From contig CAVPQB010000006.1 of assembly GCA_963707505.1 (NCBI GenBank), positions 512,001-576,000 on the forward strand: DNA of 64,000 nt, given 5' to 3'. Under the pieces are notes generated by a model. That model did no database searches, was not told where the DNA came from, and was given only the letters and a program-made list of their open reading frames with translations. Origin of the DNA: an uncultured Gemmatimonadales bacterium. Its GTDB lineage: Bacteria > Gemmatimonadota > Gemmatimonadetes > Gemmatimonadales > Gemmatimonadaceae. The position numbers and the translations under genes are program-made. Below are positions 42,125 through 50,899 of the stretch, one piece after another (within the stretch, counting starts at the first letter, position 1; every line of letters starts with the position of its first letter).

Positions 42125-43921
42125 TCACTTGCGCGATGGATCTGGTGCCGCCGTAAATACGAAAGTCTTGATTATTGCGAATGCAAACAGCACGAGCAAC
42201 AGCGACTGAAGGGCGACAGTCTCGACCGTGGGGAACAATCCGAGCCACGAGATATCGGGTACATGCGGCAACGGTGTCATGGGCAGCACGTTGCCCTCCT
42301 GCAATTCCCGTATTCCCCGGCCCGCGAATACGAACGCCATGTAGTACAACAGCAGGCTGGTTGCCGCGAAGAACATCCGCATCGGAATCTTCACGCCGAA
42401 CCGGTAGAACAGAACGAATACAACAGCCAGCGCAACGGAGCCCGTGACAATTCCCAGCGTGAGTGGCAGCGCCGCGCCGTGCGCCTGACTGAACAGAGCC
42501 TGATAGAAGAGAGCCGTCTCCGCGCCTTCCCGGTATACGGCAAGGAACGCGATCAACATCAACGCTCCGCCACTACCGTGCTCCAGCGCTACCGACACCT
42601 TTTCTCTGATGAACTTCTGCCATTTGTGCGCTTCAACCTTGGAGATAAGCCAGTAGCTGACGGAGAAGAGCACCACGACTGCAACCAGCAGCGATACCGC
42701 TTCGACGATTTCACTGCTCGCTGGAATCGCGGCGAGCGCAGTCTTGAGGATCACCGCAGTTATTGCACTCGCGACGACACCTAGCACGACGCCGATCCAG
42801 ATGGAGCGCAACCTATCGCGGTTTCCCGTCTTGATGAGAAGCGCGACTACCGCACCAACAACGAGTATCGCTTCGAATCCTTCTCTGAGGATTATGATGA
42901 ACGATTGCCAGAACATCGTTACCGCACCTTCGTCCGTTCCATTTACGAGCGCCACCGCGCGCGGCAGAGCGTCTGTGATCGCGTCGCGAGCACGAGTAGC
43001 CGCACGTGTATCACCGCCGCGCACGGCGACTCTGAACTCACCGAAGGAGCGCTCCAGCAATGAAACCAGTGCGGGATCCTTGGCGCGCACGACAGTTTCG
43101 AGTGGCTCGAACGCAAGGTAGGCGTCGAATGCGCCGTCGCTTGCCGAGGTAACGTCTCCGCGCCTTGCCGATGCAAGCGAGCTGTCCAGCAATGCCGCTA
43201 TCGACGACGCGGTGCTGCTGGCGTTGGTTCCCGTGCCGACAGCCTGCGATGGGAGCGACATCGGCTGTCCGCGCAGCTGATAGACATAGTTCAGTACCTC
43301 CCATCGCTGCTGAGGGGTAAGCGATTCTCCGAACGCCGGCATGGCGGTGCCATTGATGCCGACGGACGCCACATCGTACGCAAGAGCCGGAGTCAGATTG
43401 GGAGTTGCAGTCATGCTTCCAATTGCCGGAACAGGGGTCGAGAGAGTCCGCGCCATCGGACCGTCGCCGAGCCCGCGTGCGCCGTGGCACGACGCACAGC
43501 TTTCCGTGAAGACCTTTCGGCCAGCCACGGAATCGAGCGGCATCGACGGTAGCTCCAGCTCGGCTGCATTGCCCAGTGCCGCAAGCATGCGCATCCGGTA
43601 TTGCTCCAGAGCGGCGGGCGGTCGTTTTTGCGCCACGGCACCGATCAGCTCCCCGAGTGCCGACCTGGCGGCGGGCGCGTCATGTCCCTCCAGTCGGCCC
43701 GCGACCTCACGGGCGTTCTCCAGGAATCCGGCGACCTCGGCGTACTCCTCCGCCGAGATCAGCTGGCCTCGCTTATCTACCGCCAGTCCGTACTCGGCGA
43801 CCGCGACCGATACGATGCTCGCCAACCTTCTGGCTGCCGTATCCTGGGATCTCATGGTTGCTGGCGTGAGCCATAGTGAGGCGAGGGTGCACAGACACCC
43901 TATCCGTCGCTTGCAGTTCAT
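42125..43921 (-). CDS. FTR1/EfeU-family iron permease fused to cytochrome c
   Basis: CASCH haem motif, GTAMPAF; REGFE and REGAE permease motifs. Confidence 0.9.
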   Translation of the reverse strand: MNCKRRIGCLCTLASLWLTPATMRSQDTAARRLASIVSVAVAEYGLAVDKRGQLISAEEYAEVAGFLENAREVAGRLEGHDAPAARSALGELIGAVAQKRPPAALEQYRMRMLAALGNAAELELPSMPLDSVAGRKVFTESCASCHGARGLGDGPMARTLSTPVPAIGSMTATPNLTPALAYDVASVGINGTAMPAFGESLTPQQRWEVLNYVYQLRGQPMSLPSQAVGTGTNASSTASSIAALLDSSLASARRGDVTSASDGAFDAYLAFEPLETVVRAKDPALVSLLERSFGEFRVAVRGGDTRAATRARDAITDALPRAVALVNGTDEGAVTMFWQSFIIILREGFEAILVVGAVVALLIKTGNRDRLRSIWIGVVLGVVASAITAVILKTALAAIPASSEIVEAVSLLVAVVVLFSVSYWLISKVEAHKWQKFIREKVSVALEHGSGGALMLIAFLAVYREGAETALFYQALFSQAHGAALPLTLGIVTGSVALAVVFVLFYRFGVKIPMRMFFAATSLLLYYMAFVFAGRGIRELQEGNVLPMTPLPHVPDISWLGLFPTVETVALQSLLLVLFAFAIIKTFVFTAAPDPSRK

Positions 43922-43988
43922 ATCCGATAAAAACTATCGGATTACAACGGGCCCGCTACTGCGGGCTTTTCTGGCCGCGAAGCCCCGT

Positions 43989-44411
43989 TCAGCCAGGGGT
44001 AGCTCCGGTGCGTCGCCGGGCACCGTCTATAGTCCGCCAGATATTGTATACAAAACAGTATGCCGCGATGGCTGACAGGACGCCTCCCGTACCGAGCACG
44101 AACGGCGCCGCCGGCACTGCATTTGGTGCGAGGCAAAAGCCAACGACCATCAGTGCCAGCCCAGCATTGGCGAGCCACCATTGCAGCGCCGCAAGGCTGC
44201 GCATGTGCAACGGGTGCCCTGTGAAACGCGGAATTACGTGATACGCAACGCCGTAGATCATCATCGTCACAAAGCCCAGCAGATTCATGTGAACGTGCGC
44301 GGGCCGGTAGATGATGAGCTGCGGATGCACGGCCATGCCGACGCCGAGCGTTACACCGAGCGCGAGCCAGGTGATGCTTGCTTTGAGAAACGCCTTTACG
44401 AACCACTCCAT
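43989..44411 (-). CDS. Small 4-TM protein with heme-copper-oxidase-like HxH helix
   Basis: PAHVHMNLLGFVTMMIYGVAYHVIPRF. Confidence 0.78.
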   Translation of the reverse strand: MEWFVKAFLKASITWLALGVTLGVGMAVHPQLIIYRPAHVHMNLLGFVTMMIYGVAYHVIPRFTGHPLHMRSLAALQWWLANAGLALMVVGFCLAPNAVPAAPFVLGTGGVLSAIAAYCFVYNIWRTIDGARRRTGATPG

Positions 44412-44474
44412 GCTGTTCTTATCGATCCGGTGTTGCGTGATTGGGTGAGTAAATGCATCCGCTACTCATGACGC

Positions 44475-44540
44475 AACTTATGCGAACAGGCATTTGACGG
44501 GTGTCGGTGTTTCCCTGAAGTAAGTGCGGCGATCTCCTGA
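44475..44540 (-). promoter_or_regulatory. Phased boxes and -10 upstream of the 4-TM/FTR1 operon
   Basis: 44504-44518 TCGGTGTTTCCCTGA, 44526-44540 GCGGCGATCTCCTGA; TAAGTT (minus, 44480-44475). Confidence 0.75.
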
Positions 44541-44562
44541 CAGGGAATTCGACGGGGCTCCA

Positions 44563-44610
44563 TGCACCACTCCCACGCGCTGCCTGCACGGCGCGCGTGG
44601 GAGTGGTGCA
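44563..44610. repeat. Perfect 18-bp inverted repeat (hairpin)
   Basis: TGCACCACTCCCACGCGC-N12-GCGCGTGGGAGTGGTGCA. Confidence 0.85.
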
Positions 44611-44686
44611 CCATGATCTCTCCGCCACGGGCCGTGTAGCCGAGCCCGGTGGAATCAATCAGCATACGCGAGCGATCTTCGCGCCA

Positions 44687-44944
44687 TCACTTCCGGTCAA
44701 TCTGCACGCGCCAGATTTCCGGCCCCTGTGCCTTGTACGTCCACTCGAACGTGCCAGGATGTTCCGCGTCGAGCTGGTACCGCAGCGGACGCGGATCGTG
44801 GTCGTTGATCAGAATCATCGACTGACCTTTCTCGAGGCCGTCGAATGTACGAAAGATGGTGGGGTGCTTGTCCCGCGGTGGAATGACGCGAACGTCCAAC
44901 TCGACGGGACCGTTGCCGGACTGTGGTGCGTTTGACTCTGACAC
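44687..44944 (-). CDS. DUF2249-domain protein
   Basis: ELDVRVIPPRDKHPTIF..LINDHDPRPLRYQL..GPEIWRVQI; AGGAG RBS. Confidence 0.85.
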   Translation of the reverse strand: MSESNAPQSGNGPVELDVRVIPPRDKHPTIFRTFDGLEKGQSMILINDHDPRPLRYQLDAEHPGTFEWTYKAQGPEIWRVQIDRK

Positions 44945-45009
44945 GTCCTACTCCTGTGATTGAAATCATTCATGGTTCAAGGCGACGTATGGAATACCTG
45001 CTACGGTGA

Positions 45010-45873
45010 TTATTCCACGCGCCATATTCTGACATGCACTTCGTTTGGTTGCGGCTCGTCTATGGTAAAGTGAAAACCTCGCTCTCTGAGAATTGGTAGA
45101 AGGAACTGCGGAACACGCATGTTGAGCTGCACCAGCATGCTCTCCGCTGGTAGACTCTCCAACGCTTCCAGGGTGCGCACCAGCGGCTCCGGTGGCTCCA
45201 TGTCTCTCACATCCAGCCACACCTCGGTGCGCGCCGGCGCGTTCTCGGCGCCTGGTGCGGTGGGATGTGGAGTTGTTGCGGCGGCGGCTTGCGCAGGTGT
45301 CGTCGCTGTGGTCGGGAATTCAGCCGCCATCTCCTGACGAAAGAACCACACTGACCAATCGTCCTCCCCATGCTGTTCCGCCCTGTGCGCGAATCCACGC
45401 TTCTGCATCACCGCAAAGAGTGGAACCGGCTCGAACGGTGCGCGCAGATGCAGTACCTCACGCTCACCGAGTCCCCCGACCGCTCCCATGATCCTGGAGA
45501 ATGGCTCACCACCGTTGCTCAACTCCTCCCGCACATCCAGCTCGACAACCGACGCCGACGCCGGTATGGACCATTGCGTTGCAGCGGGTTCGTCTGTCCG
45601 ACCAATCGCATCGGCGCTTGCCGTGTCACCGGGTACAGTGTCGATGCCGATCGCGTGGTTGAGATCGCGCACGAGCGAATCCGGGGACATCCTGCAGAGC
45701 CGCGCTGCCTGCGCCACGGTCGTCACGCGCGCCATTACTCGGCGCATCGGCGAATGACGAAGCTTGGCCAGCTGCGGCGAGTGACTCGCTACCACGTCTA
45801 TCAGTCGCTCATCACGCTCGAACAGGCTCTGTAGCTTGTCGGACGCCTGAACCGGCGTTGCGCTCGTATTCAT
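45010..45873 (-). CDS. DUF1858-like plus two DUF2249 domains
   Basis: MRRVMARVTTVAQAA; LDVREELSNGGEPFSRIM..APFEPVPL; LDVRDMEPPEPL..RVPQFLLP. Confidence 0.8.
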   Translation of the reverse strand: MNTSATPVQASDKLQSLFERDERLIDVVASHSPQLAKLRHSPMRRVMARVTTVAQAARLCRMSPDSLVRDLNHAIGIDTVPGDTASADAIGRTDEPAATQWSIPASASVVELDVREELSNGGEPFSRIMGAVGGLGEREVLHLRAPFEPVPLFAVMQKRGFAHRAEQHGEDDWSVWFFRQEMAAEFPTTATTPAQAAAATTPHPTAPGAENAPARTEVWLDVRDMEPPEPLVRTLEALESLPAESMLVQLNMRVPQFLLPILRERGFHFTIDEPQPNEVHVRIWRVE

Positions 45874-47276
45874 CAGAATGCCTTCGCAGTTGTAGGTTGA
45901 CCAACTCCCGCCTCAACGTTCCGGAACGATGTGCCGAACGTCACGCGAGCGATCTGACTCACGAACAGTCCGGTACCGGCCACGAACAGGATTGCCGCGA
46001 GGCGGACCGTCAGTGCAATACCTGTTATAACACCTATTTCCATTCCCAGGACGGCAGTCGTGAACAGCACGAGGTCGATGTGTGCAACGAGTGGTGAATA
46101 CAGTTGCGCCACGGTGGGAACTCGCTTCTTCCCCATATCCTCACGGAACCGCGCCATCCATGTCAGGAACGGCACGATCTTGTAGAACTGTCCAATCACG
46201 TAAAGTGTCAGCCCGCCGAGCAGGCCCAGCAGCACGTAGGCCGTATCCAGTCGACGGTACTCGGCACCTGTCGCCAGCACAACCGGTGCGAGCGCGGCGC
46301 TCGCTGCGAGAAAGGTCAGTGCGGTCGCAGCGTGACGCAGCCCCGCATCGAGACGCGGGCGCTTGCGTGCTCTGAAAAAGAGCCACGCCTGTCTGAGGAA
46401 GCAGAATAACCCGCACTCAATCAACAGCAGTCCCATCCACGGGACGATGTTGGGTTTGATACTGTGGCCAGCCATGATACCAAGCGCAAGAACCACCACG
46501 CCCGACGCGAGCAAGGCGAGCGCGCGAAACGTCCAACTGGTGTCGGCGCCGTGTGCCAGAAGAAACATCGGCAGGAGGCGGTGTGAGATGCCGACGATCA
46601 TCACCAGGACCCAGCCGAGCAACGCGACGTGCAGGTGCGTCGCAAGTACGGTGACGCGCCAGTTGCCGAGGAATCCGGCGTGCAGATTCTGAGCGAGCAA
46701 CGCGCCGATCGCGAATGTCACAGTGAGAAACGAGAGTGCGATCACGATTGCACCCCATATCACGTCGCGATCGACCACCCTGCGCAGTGACAACGCGACA
46801 TTGACGATGAGACACGTGACACCGACCGCTATCAACGTGATTCCAAAGTTGCGAAGCATCACCGAGCTGAAGGCCACTCCGGATGCAAACAGTGCGACCC
46901 CCGGTGCGAACGCACAGAAGCTGACATGTCCGGCTCGCTCAGATCTGATCGATACGCCGAGTGCGACTGGCAGCAGCTGGTACATGGCGCCGAAGATCGT
47001 CATGCTGAGCCAGCCGAGCGTGAAGCAATGCGTTACGCCGGCAACGTGCGGTGAGAGATACAGACCAGCGGCGAGCTCCGGCGCGATCCAGATGAGTCCG
47101 ATCGATCCCGCGCACAGAAAGAACAGCGCGGCCGCAAAGTGTTCACCGGGAAGACGGAGCGACGGAGTTCCTTCCATTGCGAGCCCCGCCATCCCTATTC
47201 CGCGCGTCGGGGCCGATCGTGCGGACCACGCTGGCGGGTGCGCCGCAATGCTCGGCATCGGCGGTGCGGCACTCAC
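45873..47276 (-). CDS. About 12-TM membrane protein with three heme-copper-oxidase/NnrS-like repeats
   Basis: THCFTLGW..GAMYQLLP, THLHVALLGW..GISHRLLP, LLGG..GQFYKIVP. Confidence 0.75.
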   Translation of the reverse strand: MSAAPPMPSIAAHPPAWSARSAPTRGIGMAGLAMEGTPSLRLPGEHFAAALFFLCAGSIGLIWIAPELAAGLYLSPHVAGVTHCFTLGWLSMTIFGAMYQLLPVALGVSIRSERAGHVSFCAFAPGVALFASGVAFSSVMLRNFGITLIAVGVTCLIVNVALSLRRVVDRDVIWGAIVIALSFLTVTFAIGALLAQNLHAGFLGNWRVTVLATHLHVALLGWVLVMIVGISHRLLPMFLLAHGADTSWTFRALALLASGVVVLALGIMAGHSIKPNIVPWMGLLLIECGLFCFLRQAWLFFRARKRPRLDAGLRHAATALTFLAASAALAPVVLATGAEYRRLDTAYVLLGLLGGLTLYVIGQFYKIVPFLTWMARFREDMGKKRVPTVAQLYSPLVAHIDLVLFTTAVLGMEIGVITGIALTVRLAAILFVAGTGLFVSQIARVTFGTSFRNVEAGVGQPTTAKAF

Positions 47277-48385
47277 TTGGTGACCGCCTCACTGTCTGCG
47301 AGCTGCCAACCCAGTGCGTTGACCACCTTGTGCGCAATCGCGTCGAAGCTTCGGGCGAACTCGCTGTCGCTGCGTGTGAGGACAGTCGGAGTACCCGCGT
47401 CTCCCTCGCTCACCACCTCCGCGTCGAACGGCACTGCGCCAAGCAGCGGAACGCCGAGTGCGGCCGCGACAATGCCGCCGCCGCCACTGCCGAATGCGCC
47501 CGACATGTTCTCCACGACACCGAGTACAGGTACATCGAGCTGCGCGAACATGTCTCCCGCCTTTTGCGCTTCGACACCTGCGAGCCGCTGCGGTTGCGTG
47601 ACGACAATTGCACCGGATACTTCGACAGCCTGCACGAGGCTGAGTGGGATGTCGCCCGTGCCTGGTGGAAGATCGACAATGAGCACATCGAGTTGCGGCC
47701 ATTCCACTCCGCGCGCGAACTGCTTCACCGCTTTCGATACCATCGGGCCACGCCAGATCGCCGGAGATCCCTCGCCCAGGAAGAAGCCGAAGCTGATGAG
47801 TGTGAGGCCATGTACGTCGACTGGCACGATGTGCTTGTCCGGGGTCATGCGAACGTGCTTCGAGCCGTCTTCGATTCCGAGCAGGATGGGAACGCTCGGG
47901 CCGTAGATATCGGCGTCGAGGAGGCCGACAACGAATCCCGCGCGAACGAGTGCGAGAGCAAGGCTGACCGCGACCGTGCTCTTACCAACGCCGCCCTTTC
48001 CCGCACCGACGGCGATGATGTCACGGACGTTGCTCAACCTGACCCGGTCTGCCCACGGGTCCGGCACTCCGGGCCGTGCCTGTCCGGCGTTCGGAGAATG
48101 CGGAATCGGCTTGCTCGGCGGGTCGGGTTTTACGATCTCGACAGTGACGAGTGTTGCGCCCAGTGCGGAGAGGCGATCGCGCACCGCGACGCTGAGCCGC
48201 TCCGGAATGGACTCATCCGTGGTGCGGAGCGCCAGTTGAACCTTGACCTGGCTGCCGCACACGGATATGTGTTTCACCATCCCGAACGACACGACATCGC
48301 GCGTCAGCCCGGGGTAGTGAACATCCCCGAGTGCGCTGCGTACCCTATCAACGTCGAGCTCGATATCTGGCTCAGCTGTTGCCAT
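47273..48385 (-). CDS. mrp: Mrp/ApbC/NBP35-family ATPase with N-terminal DUF59-like domain
   Basis: GKGGVGKST, DADIYGPS, WRGPM, DLPPGTGD, ENMS. Confidence 0.9.
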   Translation of the reverse strand: MATAEPDIELDVDRVRSALGDVHYPGLTRDVVSFGMVKHISVCGSQVKVQLALRTTDESIPERLSVAVRDRLSALGATLVTVEIVKPDPPSKPIPHSPNAGQARPGVPDPWADRVRLSNVRDIIAVGAGKGGVGKSTVAVSLALALVRAGFVVGLLDADIYGPSVPILLGIEDGSKHVRMTPDKHIVPVDVHGLTLISFGFFLGEGSPAIWRGPMVSKAVKQFARGVEWPQLDVLIVDLPPGTGDIPLSLVQAVEVSGAIVVTQPQRLAGVEAQKAGDMFAQLDVPVLGVVENMSGAFGSGGGGIVAAALGVPLLGAVPFDAEVVSEGDAGTPTVLTRSDSEFARSFDAIAHKVVNALGWQLADSEAVTK

Positions 48386-48391
48386 GCCAGC

Positions 48392-48434
48392 ACGCTAGCT
48401 TGACTCCATGTGGTGAGGTGTGACGGATGTCTCA
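48392..48434 (-). promoter_or_regulatory. Crp-type box and -10 for a probably leaderless mrp transcript
   Basis: TGTGACGGATGTCTCA (48419-48434) centred 41.5 bp from the ATG; TAGCGT at 48397-48392. Confidence 0.6.
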
Positions 48435-48446
48435 CGGAGAAGAGTG

Positions 48447-49682
48447 ATGCCAGAGCATGTAGTTACAGCTGGCGCGCGCGCCAGAATCCTGCACGAAACG
48501 CTGGCGACACAGTTTCCAGCGTCTCTATTTCGGTTCGACGAACGCATGGCCGACGGATACTACTCCGACCGCTATTTCGTTCTGACGGCAAAGACCATAT
48601 CGCACGCTGGCCTCGATCCGATTGTCACCATGCAACTGTTTGCAAAACGACAGGGGATCCTGGCCGGCATATACGAAGCACTCCGAATGTTGCAGACTCA
48701 GCTCGCGATCAATCCGCGTACTGGATCTCGTTACGATTTCGACGAGCTCACGATCGATACACTCGTCGATGGCGACGTGGTCCTCCCGTGGGAACCGGTC
48801 ATGCACATCACCGGCCCCTATCTCGCGTTCGCGCACCTCGAAACCGATTACCTCGGCGTCATCGCACGTCGCACGCTTATCGCAACCAACGTGCGACGTG
48901 TCATCGACGCCGCTAACGGGAAGCCGGTCATCTTCATGGGTGCTCGGCACGATGACTGGCGCGTGCAGACCGCGGACGGGTTCGCCGCAAAGGTCGGCGG
49001 GATCGCCAGCGTCTCTACGGATGCGAACGGCGCATGGTGGGGCGGCGGTGGTGTTGGCACGATGCCGCACTCCATGATCGCATCCTTTGGTGGCGACGTT
49101 GTACGCGCGACGCTTCAATTCGCGCGATACTGCCGCGAAGCGGCATTGAATATCGACGTTGTGAGTCTTACGGACTATCACAACGATGTGATCGGTGATT
49201 CACTGGCAGTTGCGCGTGCCATGCGCGATGAATTTGGCGACGCCGCGCTATGGGGTGTGCGGATCGATACGAGTGAGAAGCTTGTCGACAAATCGCTCGA
49301 GGCCCAGGCGATGCGTTTTCCGGAACGGCGCCTCAATGGAGTGTGCGCCGAACTGGTCGTGCTACTGCGATCGGCACTCGACGCCGAAGGGTTTCACTAC
49401 GTACGGATCGGCGTGTCCGGCGGATTCCACGTGCGGAAGATCGAGCGTTTCGAGGCAGAGCATGTTCCGGTGGACTTTTACGGAGTGGGGAGCTCGCTCC
49501 TGGGCCACAATAACGGCGATGCTGACGGGCTCACGAACAACTTCGACTTCACGGCCGATGTCGTTCGGTTGAACGGCAGCGCCGAGAGCAAGGTGGGTAG
49601 GGAAGAGCGCAGCAACGCGAGCTTCATACGGCTGGATCACGAGCTACTGAAGCGTCTCGAAATCAGGGCCGTCGCGCGATGA
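48447..49682 (+). CDS. Nicotinate/quinolinate phosphoribosyltransferase-family protein
   Basis: GYYSDRYF, FAHLET.YLG, FMGARHD, GTMPH, GVRIDTS, VSGGF, YGVGS. Confidence 0.8.
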   Translation: MPEHVVTAGARARILHETLATQFPASLFRFDERMADGYYSDRYFVLTAKTISHAGLDPIVTMQLFAKRQGILAGIYEALRMLQTQLAINPRTGSRYDFDELTIDTLVDGDVVLPWEPVMHITGPYLAFAHLETDYLGVIARRTLIATNVRRVIDAANGKPVIFMGARHDDWRVQTADGFAAKVGGIASVSTDANGAWWGGGGVGTMPHSMIASFGGDVVRATLQFARYCREAALNIDVVSLTDYHNDVIGDSLAVARAMRDEFGDAALWGVRIDTSEKLVDKSLEAQAMRFPERRLNGVCAELVVLLRSALDAEGFHYVRIGVSGGFHVRKIERFEAEHVPVDFYGVGSSLLGHNNGDADGLTNNFDFTADVVRLNGSAESKVGREERSNASFIRLDHELLKRLEIRAVAR

Positions 49683-49754
49683 AGGTCGATTCAGCTTGCA
49701 TGTAGTCACCCCGCGCCGCAGATTGCGCGCGATGATATCCATCGAGGTTGGATA

Positions 49755-50351
49755 GTGGCAGTCTGTCTGTGGCTCACAGCGCACGGTTCCAGTTGCCTGG
49801 AGGCGGTCGCCGTCATCTTCGGAATCATCAGCGTTTACCTGAGCACGCGCGAGAATATCTGGAGCTGGCCGACTGCTCTCGTCAACGTGGCGCTCTTCTC
49901 CGCGCTCTTCCTGGAGTCCGGTCTGTACTCCGATACCGGATTGCAGGTAGTCTACTTCGTTCTGTCGTTGTACGGATGGTACGAATGGCTGTACGGCGGT
50001 GCTGGTCGTACCGCCATCACGGTAACGCGCACATCGAAGAGGACGTGGATCGTGCTGGGTGGGATCGGCGTCGTGGTATGGGCGTTGCTCGGAACGATCA
50101 CGTCGCGCCTTCCCGGAACCGCTCTGCCGTACGTAGATGCCGCGACAACGACCATAAGCCTGCTGGCTCAATGGATGATGACCCGCAAGCTCATCGAGAA
50201 CTGGCTGATCTGGATTGCCGTCGACGTGGTGTACGTCGGCATGTTCATCTATAAGGGCCTGTATCTCACCGCATTCAATTATGGGATATATCTCGTCCTG
50301 GCAGTGATGGGTTACATCGCATGGAAACGATCGCTCGCGGCGACGGCTTGA
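49755..50351 (+). CDS. pnuC: PnuC-family vitamin transporter
   Basis: ENIWSWP, LQVVYF..YGWYEW, DAATT..AQWMMTRKLIENWLIWIAVD. Confidence 0.9.
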   Translation: MAVCLWLTAHGSSCLEAVAVIFGIISVYLSTRENIWSWPTALVNVALFSALFLESGLYSDTGLQVVYFVLSLYGWYEWLYGGAGRTAITVTRTSKRTWIVLGGIGVVVWALLGTITSRLPGTALPYVDAATTTISLLAQWMMTRKLIENWLIWIAVDVVYVGMFIYKGLYLTAFNYGIYLVLAVMGYIAWKRSLAATA

Positions 50352-50860
50352 TCCGCGTGGTTCTGATCGGCTCAGAATCTACTGGCAAGACGGTGCTTGC
50401 CCGGGAGCTGGCCGATCACTACCGCGCTGAGCTGGTACCGGAGTTCGTGCGCGATTTCGCCGTGCGGAAAGTATCTCCGATCGACCTCGCTGATACTGAT
50501 GCAATCGCACGTGGACAGATGGCGCTCGAGGATGAACACGCGACGCGGGCGACGCGACTGCTGATACAGGATACAGATCTGCTGAGTACCGTCGTATACA
50601 GCGGGCACTATTACGGAACATGTCCGGCGTGGATTGCCGCCGCCGCACGCCAGCGCAGGCCGGACCTGTATCTTCTACTCGAGATCGACGTACCGTGGGT
50701 GCCGGATGATGTGCGGGATCGGGAAACACGTCGCGAAGAGATGCAGCAGCTCTTTAGAGACGCAGTCGCGAAATCCGATGTGAAATACGCAGTGATCGAG
50801 GGAACATGGGAGCAACGGTCGCTGCTCGCGCGCGCTGCGATCGACCGGTTGCTCGCGTAG
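50348..50860 (+). CDS. NadR-type nucleoside kinase domain (AAA_28)
   Basis: GSESTGKT, PEFVR, IARGQ, QDTD, VPWVPDDVR; TTGA overlap with pnuC. Confidence 0.85.
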   Translation: MIRVVLIGSESTGKTVLARELADHYRAELVPEFVRDFAVRKVSPIDLADTDAIARGQMALEDEHATRATRLLIQDTDLLSTVVYSGHYYGTCPAWIAAAARQRRPDLYLLLEIDVPWVPDDVRDRETRREEMQQLFRDAVAKSDVKYAVIEGTWEQRSLLARAAIDRLLA

Positions 50861-50899
50861 CATTCGGTTACGAGTGCACCACGCGAGCAACCAGCATGG

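Noticed and set aside
44955..44969. TGTGATTGAAATCAT as another Crp box
   Set aside because: Lacks the GTGAC/GTCAC core, abuts the RBS and has no matching -10.
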